From Actinomycetota bacterium (GTDB taxonomy: Bacteria > Actinomycetota > Actinomycetes > Nanopelagicales > Nanopelagicaceae): DNA of 64,000 bases. This document shows, piece after piece, positions 48,201-57,538 of the stretch. The DNA is taken from the NCBI GenBank assembly GCA_947450545.1, contig CANFVU010000002.1, positions 15,266-79,265 of the forward strand. The letters run 5' to 3'. Every line of letters starts with the position of its first letter. Within the stretch, counting starts at the first letter, position 1. The notes below the pieces were generated by a model. That model worked only from the letters and a program-made list of their open reading frames with translations, searched no databases and was not told the origin of the DNA. A program made the position numbers and the translations under genes.

Positions 48201-48354
48201 AAAGTTTGACTGAGTTATCGGTTGATCCCGTATCAACTGCTATCGAACGATCCACTTTACGAGTCTGTGATCCCACAGCTGCAATTACTTGAGGCAGCCA
48301 GGTCGCGCCATCGTGAGTCACGATGACTGCGGTGACGAAAAACTTATCTGCCAT
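45280..48354 (-). CDS. Family-2 glycosyltransferase fused to a large polytopic membrane domain and C-terminal extracytoplasmic domain
   Basis: 1,024 aa. The N-terminal GT-A domain carries VTAVIVTHDG, DTGSTD and IWLIHDD. More than 10 TM segments follow. The gene is located downstream of whiB. Confidence 0.8.
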   Translation of the reverse strand: MADKFFVTAVIVTHDGATWLPQVIAAVGSQTRKVDRSIAVDTGSTDNSVKLLKSAGIPFFEEDREMGYGDAVEHALELTPTADENEWIWLIHDDVAPDNNALAELLSAIEDRPQVAIAGPKLRGWYDRDHLLEIGVSIASNGARWTGLERREQDQGQHDGVREVLAVSTAGALIRRSVYEELGGLDTNLALFRDDIDLGWRAYVAGHSVIAVPGAVAYHAEASSSERRAVDVSEAFLHRPLLLDRRNAAYVLLVNSSWWVLPWISLQLLTTSIARAIINLLAKLPGYAGDEIAAVGLLLVNPKEIFQARRYRKKKRLISPRIIRRFIPPRWSQFRMASEGLAGFISNAIRPEKREDTHGGAQSFSDIGVIGESFDDPESVQVKEEPLWRLIAKKPHFILFFVMTLISVLAARSRLGTLSGGALAVAPNSGIDLLRQYAESWHLVGLGSAATMPPWIPILGLASAVTLFNLPLFITLLFLFAPILAFYIFFRVLTKLGSTRYYALIGAGIYAFSPVLWASINQGRLGTIIIILIAPSLYFVSPFTRDNEKASWRRIFAITLLIGVFCAFNPIILAGWLVLQGYRLGVALYELRHQYQEMGFQKLIFAPESGAVKRRFTLFITPWLITAPWSIAMVLHPTQFFLEPGIPLSSATRWSEFLANPGGNGAPPLWLISPILLFALAAFAINELRTASLMATSVIAAAIALSSFNIQGHGSTANIWTGPIIAIATALLIPGVLLYAETFIPTLREIPLGKRHAVTALIAAVTTFSLVGTPIWAMTGGSQSLVRANQEQIVPAFVTSLADTPSKPKTMVINVVNGQTMYEVSRGSDIRLGDADVSIAPPREIVLTMNDLVSGAGIASARILGQFGIQYLFLKSIDNESLIRTIDGSGGFNRMSSTSNGIVWKVVGASPRVLFVGQDGTSQVIPSTDISAEGDVAKPGMIVVAEKYDQNWRLLLDGQRVPLQHAANGLPVFTISHSGHVTVLHDGTLHRSLISLQLIVLLAVIVLSLPAGRRKREVPLEELV

Positions 48355-48404
48355 TTAAAGAGCCTATAGACAGAGTCCTAGCGACTCCAACTATTGGGAA
48401 AAAA

Positions 48405-48686
48405 TTACGCTGAACGACGCTTAAGGCGACGGCGTTCACGCTCAGAAAGGCCACCCCAGATACCGAAGCGCTCATCATGTTGAAGAGCGTATTCAAGGCA
48501 TTCTCCGCGAACATCGCATGAGAGGCATACGCGCTTTGCTTCGCGAGTAGAACCACCTTTTTCAGGGAAGAAAGCTTCTGGATCGGTTTGTGCGCAAAGT
48601 GCGCGCTCCTGCCAAGAAAGTTCTACGTCATCGTTAGATGATGATGGGATTGCAACTGAGGAAAAGTCACTCTTGCGTTCTGTCAT
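48405..48686 (-). CDS. whiB: WhiB-family [4Fe-4S] transcription factor (WhiB2/WhmD-like)
   Basis: 93 aa. The motifs are CAQTDPEAFFPEKGGS...AKRVCLSCDVRGECLEYAL and the GIWGG turn, plus a basic tail RRRLKRR. Confidence 0.9.
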   Translation of the reverse strand: MTERKSDFSSVAIPSSSNDDVELSWQERALCAQTDPEAFFPEKGGSTREAKRVCLSCDVRGECLEYALQHDERFGIWGGLSERERRRLKRRSA

Positions 48687-48876
48687 AAAACTAGCTCCTA
48701 CCTTTATCTAGTAATAAAGCTCCCTGGCCCTCTTACTAGAGACCCGCAGGCTTACCCCCGGGTTCGTTAAGGAGAATTACACGGGTGTAACCCCCTCTGA
48801 GTCAAGTCCTCAGGGGTACTAATTTCCCAATAAAAAAAGCTTTTTTTCTCTAATTTGTCAGTAAATGTTCAGTCAT

Positions 48877-49893
48877 TTAAGGGCGCGAAAAACCAAGAAA
48901 AATATTCTCGGCAAGAGTTGCAGCAGGCACTTTAAAACCAGGTGCTACAAAAGTATTGATTAATACTGACTTTTCACCAATTTGGGCACCGTCGCCAATA
49001 ATGCAATTCGATAAAGTTGAATCACTTCCAACTACAACATCGTCACCGAGATAGCAACCTGAATCTTGGGTTGAGGGTTCTTCAATAAGAATATTTTTCC
49101 CGTGAAATACCTCTGAATTCTTCTTAAAAACTCGATTCATCGCGAGTGCTGAAGTAAGAGCTGCAGATGTTGCCTTGCCAGAGATGAGATCTCGAGTAGC
49201 AGTAAGCAGAGCACCCGGGTTTCCAATATCTAACCAATACCCCGAATCAACAAAACCAAAGAGTCGACCACCGTTTTGAAGCAAAGTGGGAAATGTTTCG
49301 CGCTCCACAGAAACAACTTTTCCTGTCGGAATGGATTCGATGACATCTCGATTGAAAATATAGCAACCAGCATTGATCATATTGGTTGGAGGATTCTCCA
49401 TTTTTTCATTAAAGGAGAGAATCTTCTTTTCATTGTCGAGTTCAACAACGCCAAAAGCACGAGCATCAGGGACTTCGGTGAGATACAACGTTGCATCTGC
49501 GCTTTTCTCGGCATGAAAGTTCATTTGCTCAGTTAAATCATGGCTGCTCAGGACATCCCCATTAAAAATCACAACTGGGCCAGTACCAGTCAATTTTGAT
49601 GCTGCGTTTCGAATGGCTCCCCCAGTGCCCAGCGCGCTCTCTTCAACTGCATATGAGATCCGTATTCCAAATTTTTCGCCGTTTCCAAAATAAGGCTCAA
49701 AGATTTCTGCCATAAAGCTTGTTGCAAGAACAATCTCTTTCACGCCTGCTTCACGTGCTTTAACAATTTGATGCTCTGTGAAAGGAATCCCGACAACTTT
49801 GAGCATTGGCTTGGGCGTTGTAAAAGTCAGCGGTTGCATGCGAGTGCCCATGCCACCAACGAGAAGAATTGCAGATGTAACAGGCTGGGTCAT
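48877..49893 (-). CDS. manC: Mannose-1-phosphate guanylyltransferase-like NDP-sugar pyrophosphorylase
   Basis: 338 aa. The N-terminal motif LVGGMGTRMQPLTFTTPKPML is present, together with a C-terminal left-handed beta-helix region. Confidence 0.75.
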   Translation of the reverse strand: MTQPVTSAILLVGGMGTRMQPLTFTTPKPMLKVVGIPFTEHQIVKAREAGVKEIVLATSFMAEIFEPYFGNGEKFGIRISYAVEESALGTGGAIRNAASKLTGTGPVVIFNGDVLSSHDLTEQMNFHAEKSADATLYLTEVPDARAFGVVELDNEKKILSFNEKMENPPTNMINAGCYIFNRDVIESIPTGKVVSVERETFPTLLQNGGRLFGFVDSGYWLDIGNPGALLTATRDLISGKATSAALTSALAMNRVFKKNSEVFHGKNILIEEPSTQDSGCYLGDDVVVGSDSTLSNCIIGDGAQIGEKSVLINTFVAPGFKVPAATLAENIFLGFSRP

Positions 49894-50958
49894 TTATGCA
49901 GTGATTCTCTGTGCTGCTTCGTGAATCTGAGCATCTGTAGATGTGAGGGCAATGCGAATGTGCTGTTTGCCTGCATCTCCATAGAAGTGGCCTGGAGTAG
50001 CGAGAATTCCGCGCTCAGCAAGCCAATTCACTGAATCCCAATCACTTTCATTGCGAGTGCACCAGATATAGAGACCTGCAACGCTCTCCTCAATCGTAAA
50101 TCCTGCTTGAAGAAGAGCAGGTCGAAGAATTTCGCGGCGTGCTGCATAACGAGATGCTTGCTCAACAACATGAGCTTCATCTGAAAGTGCGACAGCCATT
50201 GCTCGTTGCACCGGTGCAGGCACCAGCATTCCAGCATGCTTTCTAATTTCGCGAATCTTTCCAATCAGTACAGGATCTCCAACTACAAGTCCTGCGCGAT
50301 ACCCAGCAAGGTTGCTGCGCTTTGAGAGTGAATAGACAGAGAGAAGATTGCGATTATCTCCGGCAGCTACTGTGAGAAGTGAGACGGGATTTTGAGCACC
50401 AGCTGCAGGGAAATTGAGATAACACTCATCCGAAGCAACAACCGCGTTATTACTTCTGCTGTAATCAATAACAGCTTGCAATTCAGAGACAGAATGCACG
50501 CGGCCAGTTGGATTCGAAGGTGTGTTAATCCACGTGAGGTCGCTTTTGCGCCATCTTTCAGGAGAAATTCCAACAGTCTTCGCTTCCGCGCCAGCGATGA
50601 GCGCACCTACAAGATAGGTGGGATATGCGATATCAGGATAATTAACGGTTTTCGCTTCAAGGAAAGTTGGGAGCCATGCGACCAGTTCTTTTGAGCCAAT
50701 CGTTGGCAAGAGATCAAAGTCGCCTGTAACGCCGAGAACTTTCTCTGCCCAAGTTTTCATGGATGAGCGAAGTTCAGTTGAGCCAATCGTGAGCGGGTAA
50801 CCCGGTGAATTGGAAGCGCGAACTAACTCTTCCTGAATAAAAGAGGGTGTTGGGTCGACAGGGGTTCCAACAGAGAGATCAATTGCTCCACCTGGATATT
50901 GCTTAGCCTTATCTCCGTAGGGAGCGAGCGCATCCCAGGGAAAATCTGGCAGCTTCAC
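49894..50958 (-). CDS. dapC: Succinyldiaminopimelate aminotransferase (class I PLP aminotransferase)
   Basis: 354 aa. The N-terminus is LPDFPWDALAPYGDKA...DLSVGTPVDP and the PLP-Lys context is SLSKRSNLAGYR. It is coupled to the upstream ferredoxin gene, as in mycobacterial fdxC-Rv1178. Confidence 0.8.
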   Translation of the reverse strand: MKLPDFPWDALAPYGDKAKQYPGGAIDLSVGTPVDPTPSFIQEELVRASNSPGYPLTIGSTELRSSMKTWAEKVLGVTGDFDLLPTIGSKELVAWLPTFLEAKTVNYPDIAYPTYLVGALIAGAEAKTVGISPERWRKSDLTWINTPSNPTGRVHSVSELQAVIDYSRSNNAVVASDECYLNFPAAGAQNPVSLLTVAAGDNRNLLSVYSLSKRSNLAGYRAGLVVGDPVLIGKIREIRKHAGMLVPAPVQRAMAVALSDEAHVVEQASRYAARREILRPALLQAGFTIEESVAGLYIWCTRNESDWDSVNWLAERGILATPGHFYGDAGKQHIRIALTSTDAQIHEAAQRITA

Positions 50959-51269
50959 TTTGCGGGAGCTGCAACGACCTTTGCGTGGTCGGTATTTGTT
51001 GCGCCTACCTTGCTTGCTCCTCCAGGAGAACCGAGTTCGACGAAGAACTCTGTGTTGACGCTCTTAAAATCTTTCCATGCGCCTGGAACATCATCTTCGT
51101 AGTAAATAGCTTCAACAGGGCAGACAGGTTCACAAGCACCACAGTCCACGCACTCGTCAGGTTGGATATAAAGCATGCGGTTACCTTCGTAGATGCAATC
51201 CACTGGGCATTCCTCAATACAGGACTTGTCCTTAACGTCGATGCAAGGTTCTGCGATTACGTAGGTCAT
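50955..51269 (-). CDS. fdxA: 7Fe-type ferredoxin
   Basis: 104 aa starting MTYVIAEPCIDVKDKSCIEECPVDCIY...CVDCGACEPVCP. The 211-aa track ORF (to 51590) merely extends the frame upstream. Confidence 0.9.
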   Translation of the reverse strand: MTYVIAEPCIDVKDKSCIEECPVDCIYEGNRMLYIQPDECVDCGACEPVCPVEAIYYEDDVPGAWKDFKSVNTEFFVELGSPGGASKVGATNTDHAKVVAAPAK

Positions 51270-51339
51270 GGCACGCCTTTCGATCTTTAAAGAAGATGAG
51301 GGTTGAATTCTAAACTTATTTAAAGTTATTGCCAGCCAT

Positions 51340-52788
51340 TTGGAGAGGTTTTTTCCCACAAGGATGGCGATGCGCTTAAATGGCCATATGGAACAGCCTG
51401 GCTTGGATGCGATTGGATCCAAAGTCACAATTCGCCTGCATAACGAGAAGCCCGAAGAAGGCTTATTTCGAGACATTCTTGGAATATTGGAATCACCTAC
51501 CTCTGTCCGCAAGAAGAGCGGTGAGCTCGTCTCCTTTGATCCAACGCGAATCGCGGTATGGAAAATGATTGAAGAGAGCCAAGAAAGCACTGGGCTTTTC
51601 CTCTACAACACACAGACTCGTGTAATCGATGAAGTCATTCCACAAATCGGAAAGCGAATACACATTTACTGTTGTGGTCCAACGGTCTATCGCGATGCAC
51701 ATGTGGGAAACCTTCGAACGTTTCTACTTCCAGATCTCGTTTCGCGAATTCTTACTTTTGATGGATGGCGCCCCATCATCGTTCAGAACATCACAGATGT
51801 CGGGCATATGGCCGATAACTTTGATGACAAAATGTTGGCAGAAGCGCATGCTACAAAACGAGATCCCTTTGAGATTGCCCGAGAGTATGAAAGTAAGTTC
51901 TTCAACGATTTAACGTCGCTCAATATCCAGCATGCAGATAAATCTCCGCGTGCAAGTGAATCGATTACTTTAATGCAAGAGATGATCTCCTCCCTTATTG
52001 AAGAGGACCATGCGTATGTAGGCACTGACGGGTCGGTGTATTTTTCTGCAGAATCATTTGAGGGCTACGGAGCAATCAGTGGAAACAAATTAGATTCACT
52101 CAAACCTGGACATCGGTATGAATACACCGATGACGGCGATAAACGCTTCCATGCTGATTGGGCGCTATGGAAAGCAGCTGGCGATCGCGACGAAATGATT
52201 TGGGATTCACCATGGGGTAAAGGTTTTCCTGGGTGGCATATCGAATGCTCGGCCATGTCGATGAAGTACCTCGATTCACGGGTCGATATTCATATCGGAG
52301 GAATCGATCTTCGCTTCCCTCACCACGAAAATGAGCGTGCGCAATCCAATTCCATCGCACATCGCGAAGTCGTAGGACTGTGGCTTCATGGCGAGCACCT
52401 CCTCTTTGAGGGCAAGAAGATGGCGAAAAGCTCGGGAAATGTTCTACTCGTGAGAGATGTGATCGAAGCAGGGCTCGATCCCCTCTCTCTGCGCTTAGTT
52501 TTTCTTGAGAGCAAATATCGCAATCAACTCGATCTCTCGTGGGATGCGCTTCGAGCAGCAGATAAGACGATTAGACGTTGGCGCCTACGAATGAGCGAGT
52601 GGGGCGCATCAACCGATGACGTAAACATTGATGACTATATGGCGCTGATTCGAAACGATTTAGATTTTCCACGCGCTCTTGTAAAGCTACGTGCACTTGA
52701 AAAAGATTCAACGATTTCTGCGTCGCAGAAGAGTGCAACATTTGCCACACTCGATCAGATTTTAGGACTTAATCTTCAATCCCGTTAA
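51340..52788 (+). CDS. Cysteine ligase of the CysRS/MshC family, with an in-frame N-terminal extension and a short C-terminus
   Basis: The class-I core carries [13 protein letters not shown] (HIGH), [26 protein letters not shown] and KMAKS. The catalytic motifs look CysRS-like, but only ~115 aa follow KMAKS, which is an MshC-like length. Possible starts are TTG 51340, ATG 51364 and ATG 51565 ([15 protein letters not shown]). Confidence 0.7.
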   Translation: MERFFPTRMAMRLNGHMEQPGLDAIGSKVTIRLHNEKPEEGLFRDILGILESPTSVRKKSGELVSFDPTRIAVWKMIEESQESTGLFLYNTQTRVIDEVIPQIGKRIHIYCCGPTVYRDAHVGNLRTFLLPDLVSRILTFDGWRPIIVQNITDVGHMADNFDDKMLAEAHATKRDPFEIAREYESKFFNDLTSLNIQHADKSPRASESITLMQEMISSLIEEDHAYVGTDGSVYFSAESFEGYGAISGNKLDSLKPGHRYEYTDDGDKRFHADWALWKAAGDRDEMIWDSPWGKGFPGWHIECSAMSMKYLDSRVDIHIGGIDLRFPHHENERAQSNSIAHREVVGLWLHGEHLLFEGKKMAKSSGNVLLVRDVIEAGLDPLSLRLVFLESKYRNQLDLSWDALRAADKTIRRWRLRMSEWGASTDDVNIDDYMALIRNDLDFPRALVKLRALEKDSTISASQKSATFATLDQILGLNLQSR

Positions 52789-53638
52789 AGAGATCTGTTT
52801 CGCGACCTAAAGCATCGTATGGGCCGGCTTTCTCGCCTTTAACCAAGATGTAGTACTCATCTCCCAAAACTTCAACGCCGAGATTATTAGAGAGTGCGAA
52901 GAATGGGCCATCGAGTGACATCTGAGTTGGATGTGCTTTCATTGCTGCGATTTTTTGAGGTGCGTATTCACTTGCATTCATCACAGTCGTAACAAGAGCA
53001 TCATCTTTTACAAATGGCAGATCATCTGCGCTTTCAACGCCAAAGAAATCAGAACCAATCTCTTTCATCTTTTCAATTCCGTGAGCGATCACAGATCGAG
53101 GCATGGTGTTCCAATAAATCTTTGAAATCTCCCAATGCGGTGCAGCAATTTCAGCAGCGCGCATTGCAACTCGGTGAGCTTGAATGTGATCGGGATGTCC
53201 GTACCCACCAAACTCATCATAAGTAACAAGAACCTGTGGCCGAACTTCGAGAATTACTTTTACGAGTTCAGCAGCAGCTTCCTCAAGATCCGCTTGCCAA
53301 AAAACATCGGGGCGCTTATTGGGTTCGGTATCCATCATGCCGCTATCACGATACTTCTTTGTGGGTGCTCCGAGAAAACGAAAATCAGTCACGCCGAGAG
53401 CAGCCATCGCATTTGCAAGTTCCGTCTCGCGATGATCACCGAGTTCATCGTTGTGATGGCTTGCTAAATGAGCTAAATCTGGAACGAGAACTTCGCCCTC
53501 TTCGCCTCGCGTACAGGTAATGAGAGTGACCCCAACTCCTTCAGCGACATATTTCGCCATCGTGGCGCCATTGTTGATGGTCTCGTCATCAGGGTGGGCA
53601 TGCACCAGCAAGAGACGGCGGTTGGCTACTGAATTCAC
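52769..53638 (-). CDS. mshB: LmbE/PIG-L family deacetylase, MshB/Mca-like
   Basis: [33 protein letters not shown] and [11 protein letters not shown] are present. I prefer GTG at 53638, because the track start at 53719 would overlap the divergent TetR gene. Confidence 0.75.
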   Translation of the reverse strand: MNSVANRRLLLVHAHPDDETINNGATMAKYVAEGVGVTLITCTRGEEGEVLVPDLAHLASHHNDELGDHRETELANAMAALGVTDFRFLGAPTKKYRDSGMMDTEPNKRPDVFWQADLEEAAAELVKVILEVRPQVLVTYDEFGGYGHPDHIQAHRVAMRAAEIAAPHWEISKIYWNTMPRSVIAHGIEKMKEIGSDFFGVESADDLPFVKDDALVTTVMNASEYAPQKIAAMKAHPTQMSLDGPFFALSNNLGVEVLGDEYYILVKGEKAGPYDALGRETDLFNGIED

Positions 53639-53703
53639 TGCTCTATTTTGCTTGATTGCCCAATAGGGTGCAATTTGGCCCGTATGACCATACGATTCCC
53701 CCA

Positions 53704-54309
53704 ATGAGTACCGACGCAAAGAACCGCCTACCTCGCGATGAGCGACGTGCCCAACTCTTGAACGCTGCCCTTGAGGTCTTTACTCAAGCTGGTTATCACT
53801 CTGCACCGATGGATGAAATTGCCGATCGAGCAAGTGTGAGCAAGCCTGTTCTCTACCAACATTTTCCTTCCAAACTTGATCTCTATCTAGCAGTACTCGA
53901 TCTTCATATTGATTCACTTCTCTTTGACATTCAAAAAGCAGTTGCATCAAAGAGCGATAATGGCGATCGCGTCGATGCAACAGTTGCCGCTTATTTTGAT
54001 TTCATCAATCACGAAGGCGAAGCATTTAGACTGCTCTTTGAAAGCGATATGGCAATTGAGCCAAAAGTTCGTGAACGTCTCACGCGCATGACATATGACT
54101 GTGCCGCGGCTTTTTCTGCAGTTATCTCACTCGAAACTGGCATGAGTAAAGAAGTCTCGATGATGCTCGCGACGGGTTTGATTGGCAATGTTCAATCAGC
54201 CGCACGTCATTGGTTAGAGCGCGATCAGAAAATTTCTCGTGATGAAGCAGTGAAACTTATCTCAGGCCAAATATGGCGAGGCATTTCTGGTTTTCCCCGT
54301 CATGAATAA
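53704..54309 (+). CDS. TetR/AcrR-family transcriptional regulator
   Basis: The HTH is [42 protein letters not shown] prefer the start at MSTDAKN (53704). Confidence 0.85.
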   Translation: MSTDAKNRLPRDERRAQLLNAALEVFTQAGYHSAPMDEIADRASVSKPVLYQHFPSKLDLYLAVLDLHIDSLLFDIQKAVASKSDNGDRVDATVAAYFDFINHEGEAFRLLFESDMAIEPKVRERLTRMTYDCAAAFSAVISLETGMSKEVSMMLATGLIGNVQSAARHWLERDQKISRDEAVKLISGQIWRGISGFPRHE

Positions 54310-54325
54310 CGAGTAAACTTCACAC

Positions 54326-54580
54326 ATGGCAACTAAGAAAAGTGAAACTCAAAATACTGATGTACGTATTGGCATCAGTGACTCCCCAACCGATTTACGT
54401 ATCGAAACTGCTTTAACGTCGGACCAAGTCCTTGCTCTCGTTGAAGCTGCTCTCAAAGGTGGATCACATTTGGTTATCACCGACACCAAGAATATGAAGA
54501 CTCTTGTGCCAGCGGCCAAGATTGCTTTCGTTGAATTCGGCAGCGCTCCTGAGCGCCGCGTCGGTTTCACAACTCTTTAA
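54326..54580 (+). CDS. DUF3107-family protein
   Basis: 84 aa. DVRIGISDSPTDLRIET...LVITDTKNMKTLVPAAKIAFVEFGS matches the conserved actinobacterial DUF3107 pattern that follows a TetR gene. Confidence 0.75.
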   Translation: MATKKSETQNTDVRIGISDSPTDLRIETALTSDQVLALVEAALKGGSHLVITDTKNMKTLVPAAKIAFVEFGSAPERRVGFTTL

Positions 54581-55422
54581 GCGCGCACGACTCTTCGAGC
54601 GTCCGCTCTGGCCTCTAAAGCCAGCCACTGATCGATTTCCGTCGTATTTTCAGCGAGTTCATTGATCTTTCCACTGCCGTGATAATCGCTTGAACCGGTT
54701 CGCAGGACTCCTAAGTCATTGGCTATCTGCGTCAGTAAAACTCTTTGATCTGCTGTGTGATCGCGATGGAATACTTCAATTCCATCTAATCCTGCATCGA
54801 CAAAAGATGTGAAACTCTCCACCGATACAGTTCGTCCACGAAGAGATGCCATGGGATGAGCAATGACAGCGACTCCGCCCGCAGCCTTAATTAACTCAAT
54901 CGCACGTTCTGGAGTTGGCGAATAATGTGCCACGTAATACGGAGAATTATTGTGGAGCCACTTCTCAAATATTTCATCGCGGCTCTTCGCTAAACCTTTT
55001 GCAACCATTGCATCTGCTAAATGTGGACGACCCAAAGTTGCACCTTCTGAGAGTTGTGCAAGAACTTCCTCCATGCTGATTTCGATTCCCGCATCATTCA
55101 TTCGAACAATAATTCTTTCCATGCGACCATAACGATTGTCGCGCGTTTGAGCTAAGACATCTTGGAGCTCTTGATTTCCTCGATCGAACAGCAACCCGAG
55201 CATATGGACGCTGATTCCATCTTCTGTCTGGCAAGATATTTCAGATCCGAGAACTAAATCCATACCCGGGCGAAGGTGAGCGGATGCTTCATCCCATCCC
55301 GCAATGCTGTCGTGATCGGTGAGAGCTAAAATTTTTATTCCAGATGCCAGAGCTTTATTGATGAGCTCCGAAGGTGAATCCGTTCCATCGCTGACATTTG
55401 TGTGGGTGTGGAGATCAATCAT
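54577..55422 (-). CDS. PHP-domain metal-dependent phosphoesterase (TrpH/YciV-like)
   Basis: MIDLHTHTNVSDGTDSP, ALTDHDS and the C-terminal GSSDYHG are present. I prefer the start at 55422, which overlaps the EamA stop by 4 nt. Confidence 0.8.
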   Translation of the reverse strand: MIDLHTHTNVSDGTDSPSELINKALASGIKILALTDHDSIAGWDEASAHLRPGMDLVLGSEISCQTEDGISVHMLGLLFDRGNQELQDVLAQTRDNRYGRMERIIVRMNDAGIEISMEEVLAQLSEGATLGRPHLADAMVAKGLAKSRDEIFEKWLHNNSPYYVAHYSPTPERAIELIKAAGGVAVIAHPMASLRGRTVSVESFTSFVDAGLDGIEVFHRDHTADQRVLLTQIANDLGVLRTGSSDYHGSGKINELAENTTEIDQWLALEARADARRVVRA

Positions 55423-56306
55423 TTCTTTCCGCCAAGAACAAAAATTATGCAACCAGTCAATATTCCAATAATTCCGATCCAAAGCCCGCCTGAAGGAACT
55501 TGTCCCAACCACTTCCACGCCACGATCCCTGCAACAGGAATTTCATAAAAGACAATCATGGAGACCACTACGGGAGAAACTCTCTTTAAAACCACGTTCA
55601 TCAAAGTGTGCCCCATGAATTGAGCGCCGATGATCAAGAGAGCAAGAATGACCCACTCTCCCGCTGAAAAGTGAAGGAAATTCATCCCTCCCAATGCAAT
55701 TACAGGGAGCACAGTGAGAGCACATGCCCCGTAACAGACGTTTGTATATGTGGCGGTAGCTAACTCTCTTTGGACTTGTGAACCTATTTGTAAATAGGTT
55801 GCTGAAAGAACGGCGCATACCAAACCAAAAAGGTCGCCATAGAAAGCGCGTAATGAGAGCGAGAAGTCCACACCTGTTATTACTAACACTGATGCGAATG
55901 CAATAAACATGCCGACAAAAGAGAACGTTGAAATATGTTGTCCTCGGGAGCGAACATAAATAGCTGCGAAAATGGGTTGTAGCGAAGCGAGAGCGGTTCC
56001 AGCAGCAACAGAAGTAAATCGCATCGCAAGAAAGAAAGTAATAAAGTGGAAAGAGAGGAAAACTCCAGCAAGCGCGGAACGGGCAATCAATTTCCGCTTT
56101 GTAGAATCTTTGAAATCTCCTGTGCGAAGTGCAAAGGGAAGCATGATCATTGAGCCAATAAAGTTTCGCCAGAAAACTAAAACAGGAACCGGCATGGTGC
56201 TCTTTGCAATGAGCGGACCGGAAGTTCCTACGCCAATAATTCCAAGAAGCAGATAGGGAATATCTCGACCTTTAGGAAGAGCTGCGTGATCGTGATGTTT
56301 TGTCAC
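55419..56306 (-). CDS. EamA/DMT-family transporter
   Basis: 295 aa with 10 TM segments in two EamA-like halves. The GTG start overlaps the NRAMP stop (GTGA). Confidence 0.75.
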   Translation of the reverse strand: MTKHHDHAALPKGRDIPYLLLGIIGVGTSGPLIAKSTMPVPVLVFWRNFIGSMIMLPFALRTGDFKDSTKRKLIARSALAGVFLSFHFITFFLAMRFTSVAAGTALASLQPIFAAIYVRSRGQHISTFSFVGMFIAFASVLVITGVDFSLSLRAFYGDLFGLVCAVLSATYLQIGSQVQRELATATYTNVCYGACALTVLPVIALGGMNFLHFSAGEWVILALLIIGAQFMGHTLMNVVLKRVSPVVVSMIVFYEIPVAGIVAWKWLGQVPSGGLWIGIIGILTGCIIFVLGGKK

Positions 56307-57538
56307 GGATGTACGGTAAACCAGAGAAGAGCGATGACACAGATTGCGACCAGCGAAATAATAATTCCATAAACAAAACGCATTCTTTGCGTTGAAGCGA
56401 ATTCACCCATCAATCGAGTATCGCGAGAAATTCCATACATAAAGAAGAGCAGAGGCAACAATAAAATCGCGTTGAGAATCTGCGTTAATACGAGAACACG
56501 AATGAGTGGAACACCCGGTAGCAAAATAAGTCCCGCAGCAAAGAGCGTCATGAAACCAAACGTTGCATAGAAGAGTGGCGCATCTTTAGGACCGTCATCG
56601 AGAGCAGCTGGTTGCCCAGTGAGATCCCCAACGGAATAAGCTGTCGATAGAGGCAAAATGGATGCTGCAAGAAGTGCTGCACCGACTAAACCGATAGCAA
56701 AGAGAGCTTTAGCGAGCGTGCCAGCAAGAGGTTCGAGCGCTTTCGCTGCTTGAGAAGCATCGGTGATGTTGGTCTGGCCTTCTTTATTGAGCGTCGCTGC
56801 GCATGTGACGATAACGAAAAAGCCAATGATCCCTGTGAGCAGTGAACCGGTCCACACATCAACGCGAAGAAGCTTCAAATCATCGCGCGTTAAACGCTTA
56901 TCGACTGCATACGATTGAATGAAAGCTAAGCCCCACGGTGCCAACGTTGTTCCCAGCGTCGCTGTGGCAATGTAAATCGCATCGTGATTGAAGGGCATTG
57001 AAGGCACAACAACTCCGTGAAGTGCTTTACCCCAATTGGGATGTGCCATAAATCCAGCAACGACATATGCAATAAAGACTGCAGAGAGCGCGAAGAAAAC
57101 TTTTTCAACGCGAGCAAAAGAACCGCGAAGCACTAAGAATGAAACGACAAGTGCAGCGGCCGGCACAGTAAGAAAACGGGAGTACCCAAAGAGCTGACCA
57201 GCTGCTGCGATACCTGCAAACTCTGCAGTCAACGTTCCGAAATTTGCGACGAGCAGCGCAACGGCGCTGAGCGTTCCAGAGCGAGCTCCATACTTTTGAC
57301 GGACTAACCCAATTAAACCTTGACGCGTTACAACACCGATTCGTGCACCTAAATCCTGAAAAAGGACAAGAGCGATAGTTGAGATAACGAGTACCCACAA
57401 CATTTGGTAAGCAAACTTCGCGCCCAACTGAGAGTACGTAGTGATACCGGCTGGATCATCATCAGAAAGTCCTGCAATAACTCCAGGCCCCATGACGGAA
57501 AGAAGCGCGCCAATTCGAATTTTGCGTTGCGTGGTCAT
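56303..57538 (-). CDS. NRAMP/SLC11-family transporter with non-canonical metal site (possible NRMT-type Mg2+ transporter)
   Basis: 411 aa with 11 TM segments. The TM1 motif reads GLSDDDPAGITTYS where canonical NRAMPs have DPGN. The TM6 motif reads GTTLAPWGLAFIQS where canonical NRAMPs have A..MPHNLYLHS. Confidence 0.75.
   Translation of the reverse strand: MTTQRKIRIGALLSVMGPGVIAGLSDDDPAGITTYSQLGAKFAYQMLWVLVISTIALVLFQDLGARIGVVTRQGLIGLVRQKYGARSGTLSAVALLVANFGTLTAEFAGIAAAGQLFGYSRFLTVPAAALVVSFLVLRGSFARVEKVFFALSAVFIAYVVAGFMAHPNWGKALHGVVVPSMPFNHDAIYIATATLGTTLAPWGLAFIQSYAVDKRLTRDDLKLLRVDVWTGSLLTGIIGFFVIVTCAATLNKEGQTNITDASQAAKALEPLAGTLAKALFAIGLVGAALLAASILPLSTAYSVGDLTGQPAALDDGPKDAPLFYATFGFMTLFAAGLILLPGVPLIRVLVLTQILNAILLLPLLFFMYGISRDTRLMGEFASTQRMRFVYGIIISLVAICVIALLWFTVHP

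Noticed and set aside
50955-51590. The 211-aa track ORF taken as a long ferredoxin-fusion protein.
   Set aside because: Only the last 104 codons (from MTYVIAEPC at 51269) match ferredoxin. The upstream 107 codons have no features and run antisense through the start region of the Cys-ligase gene.
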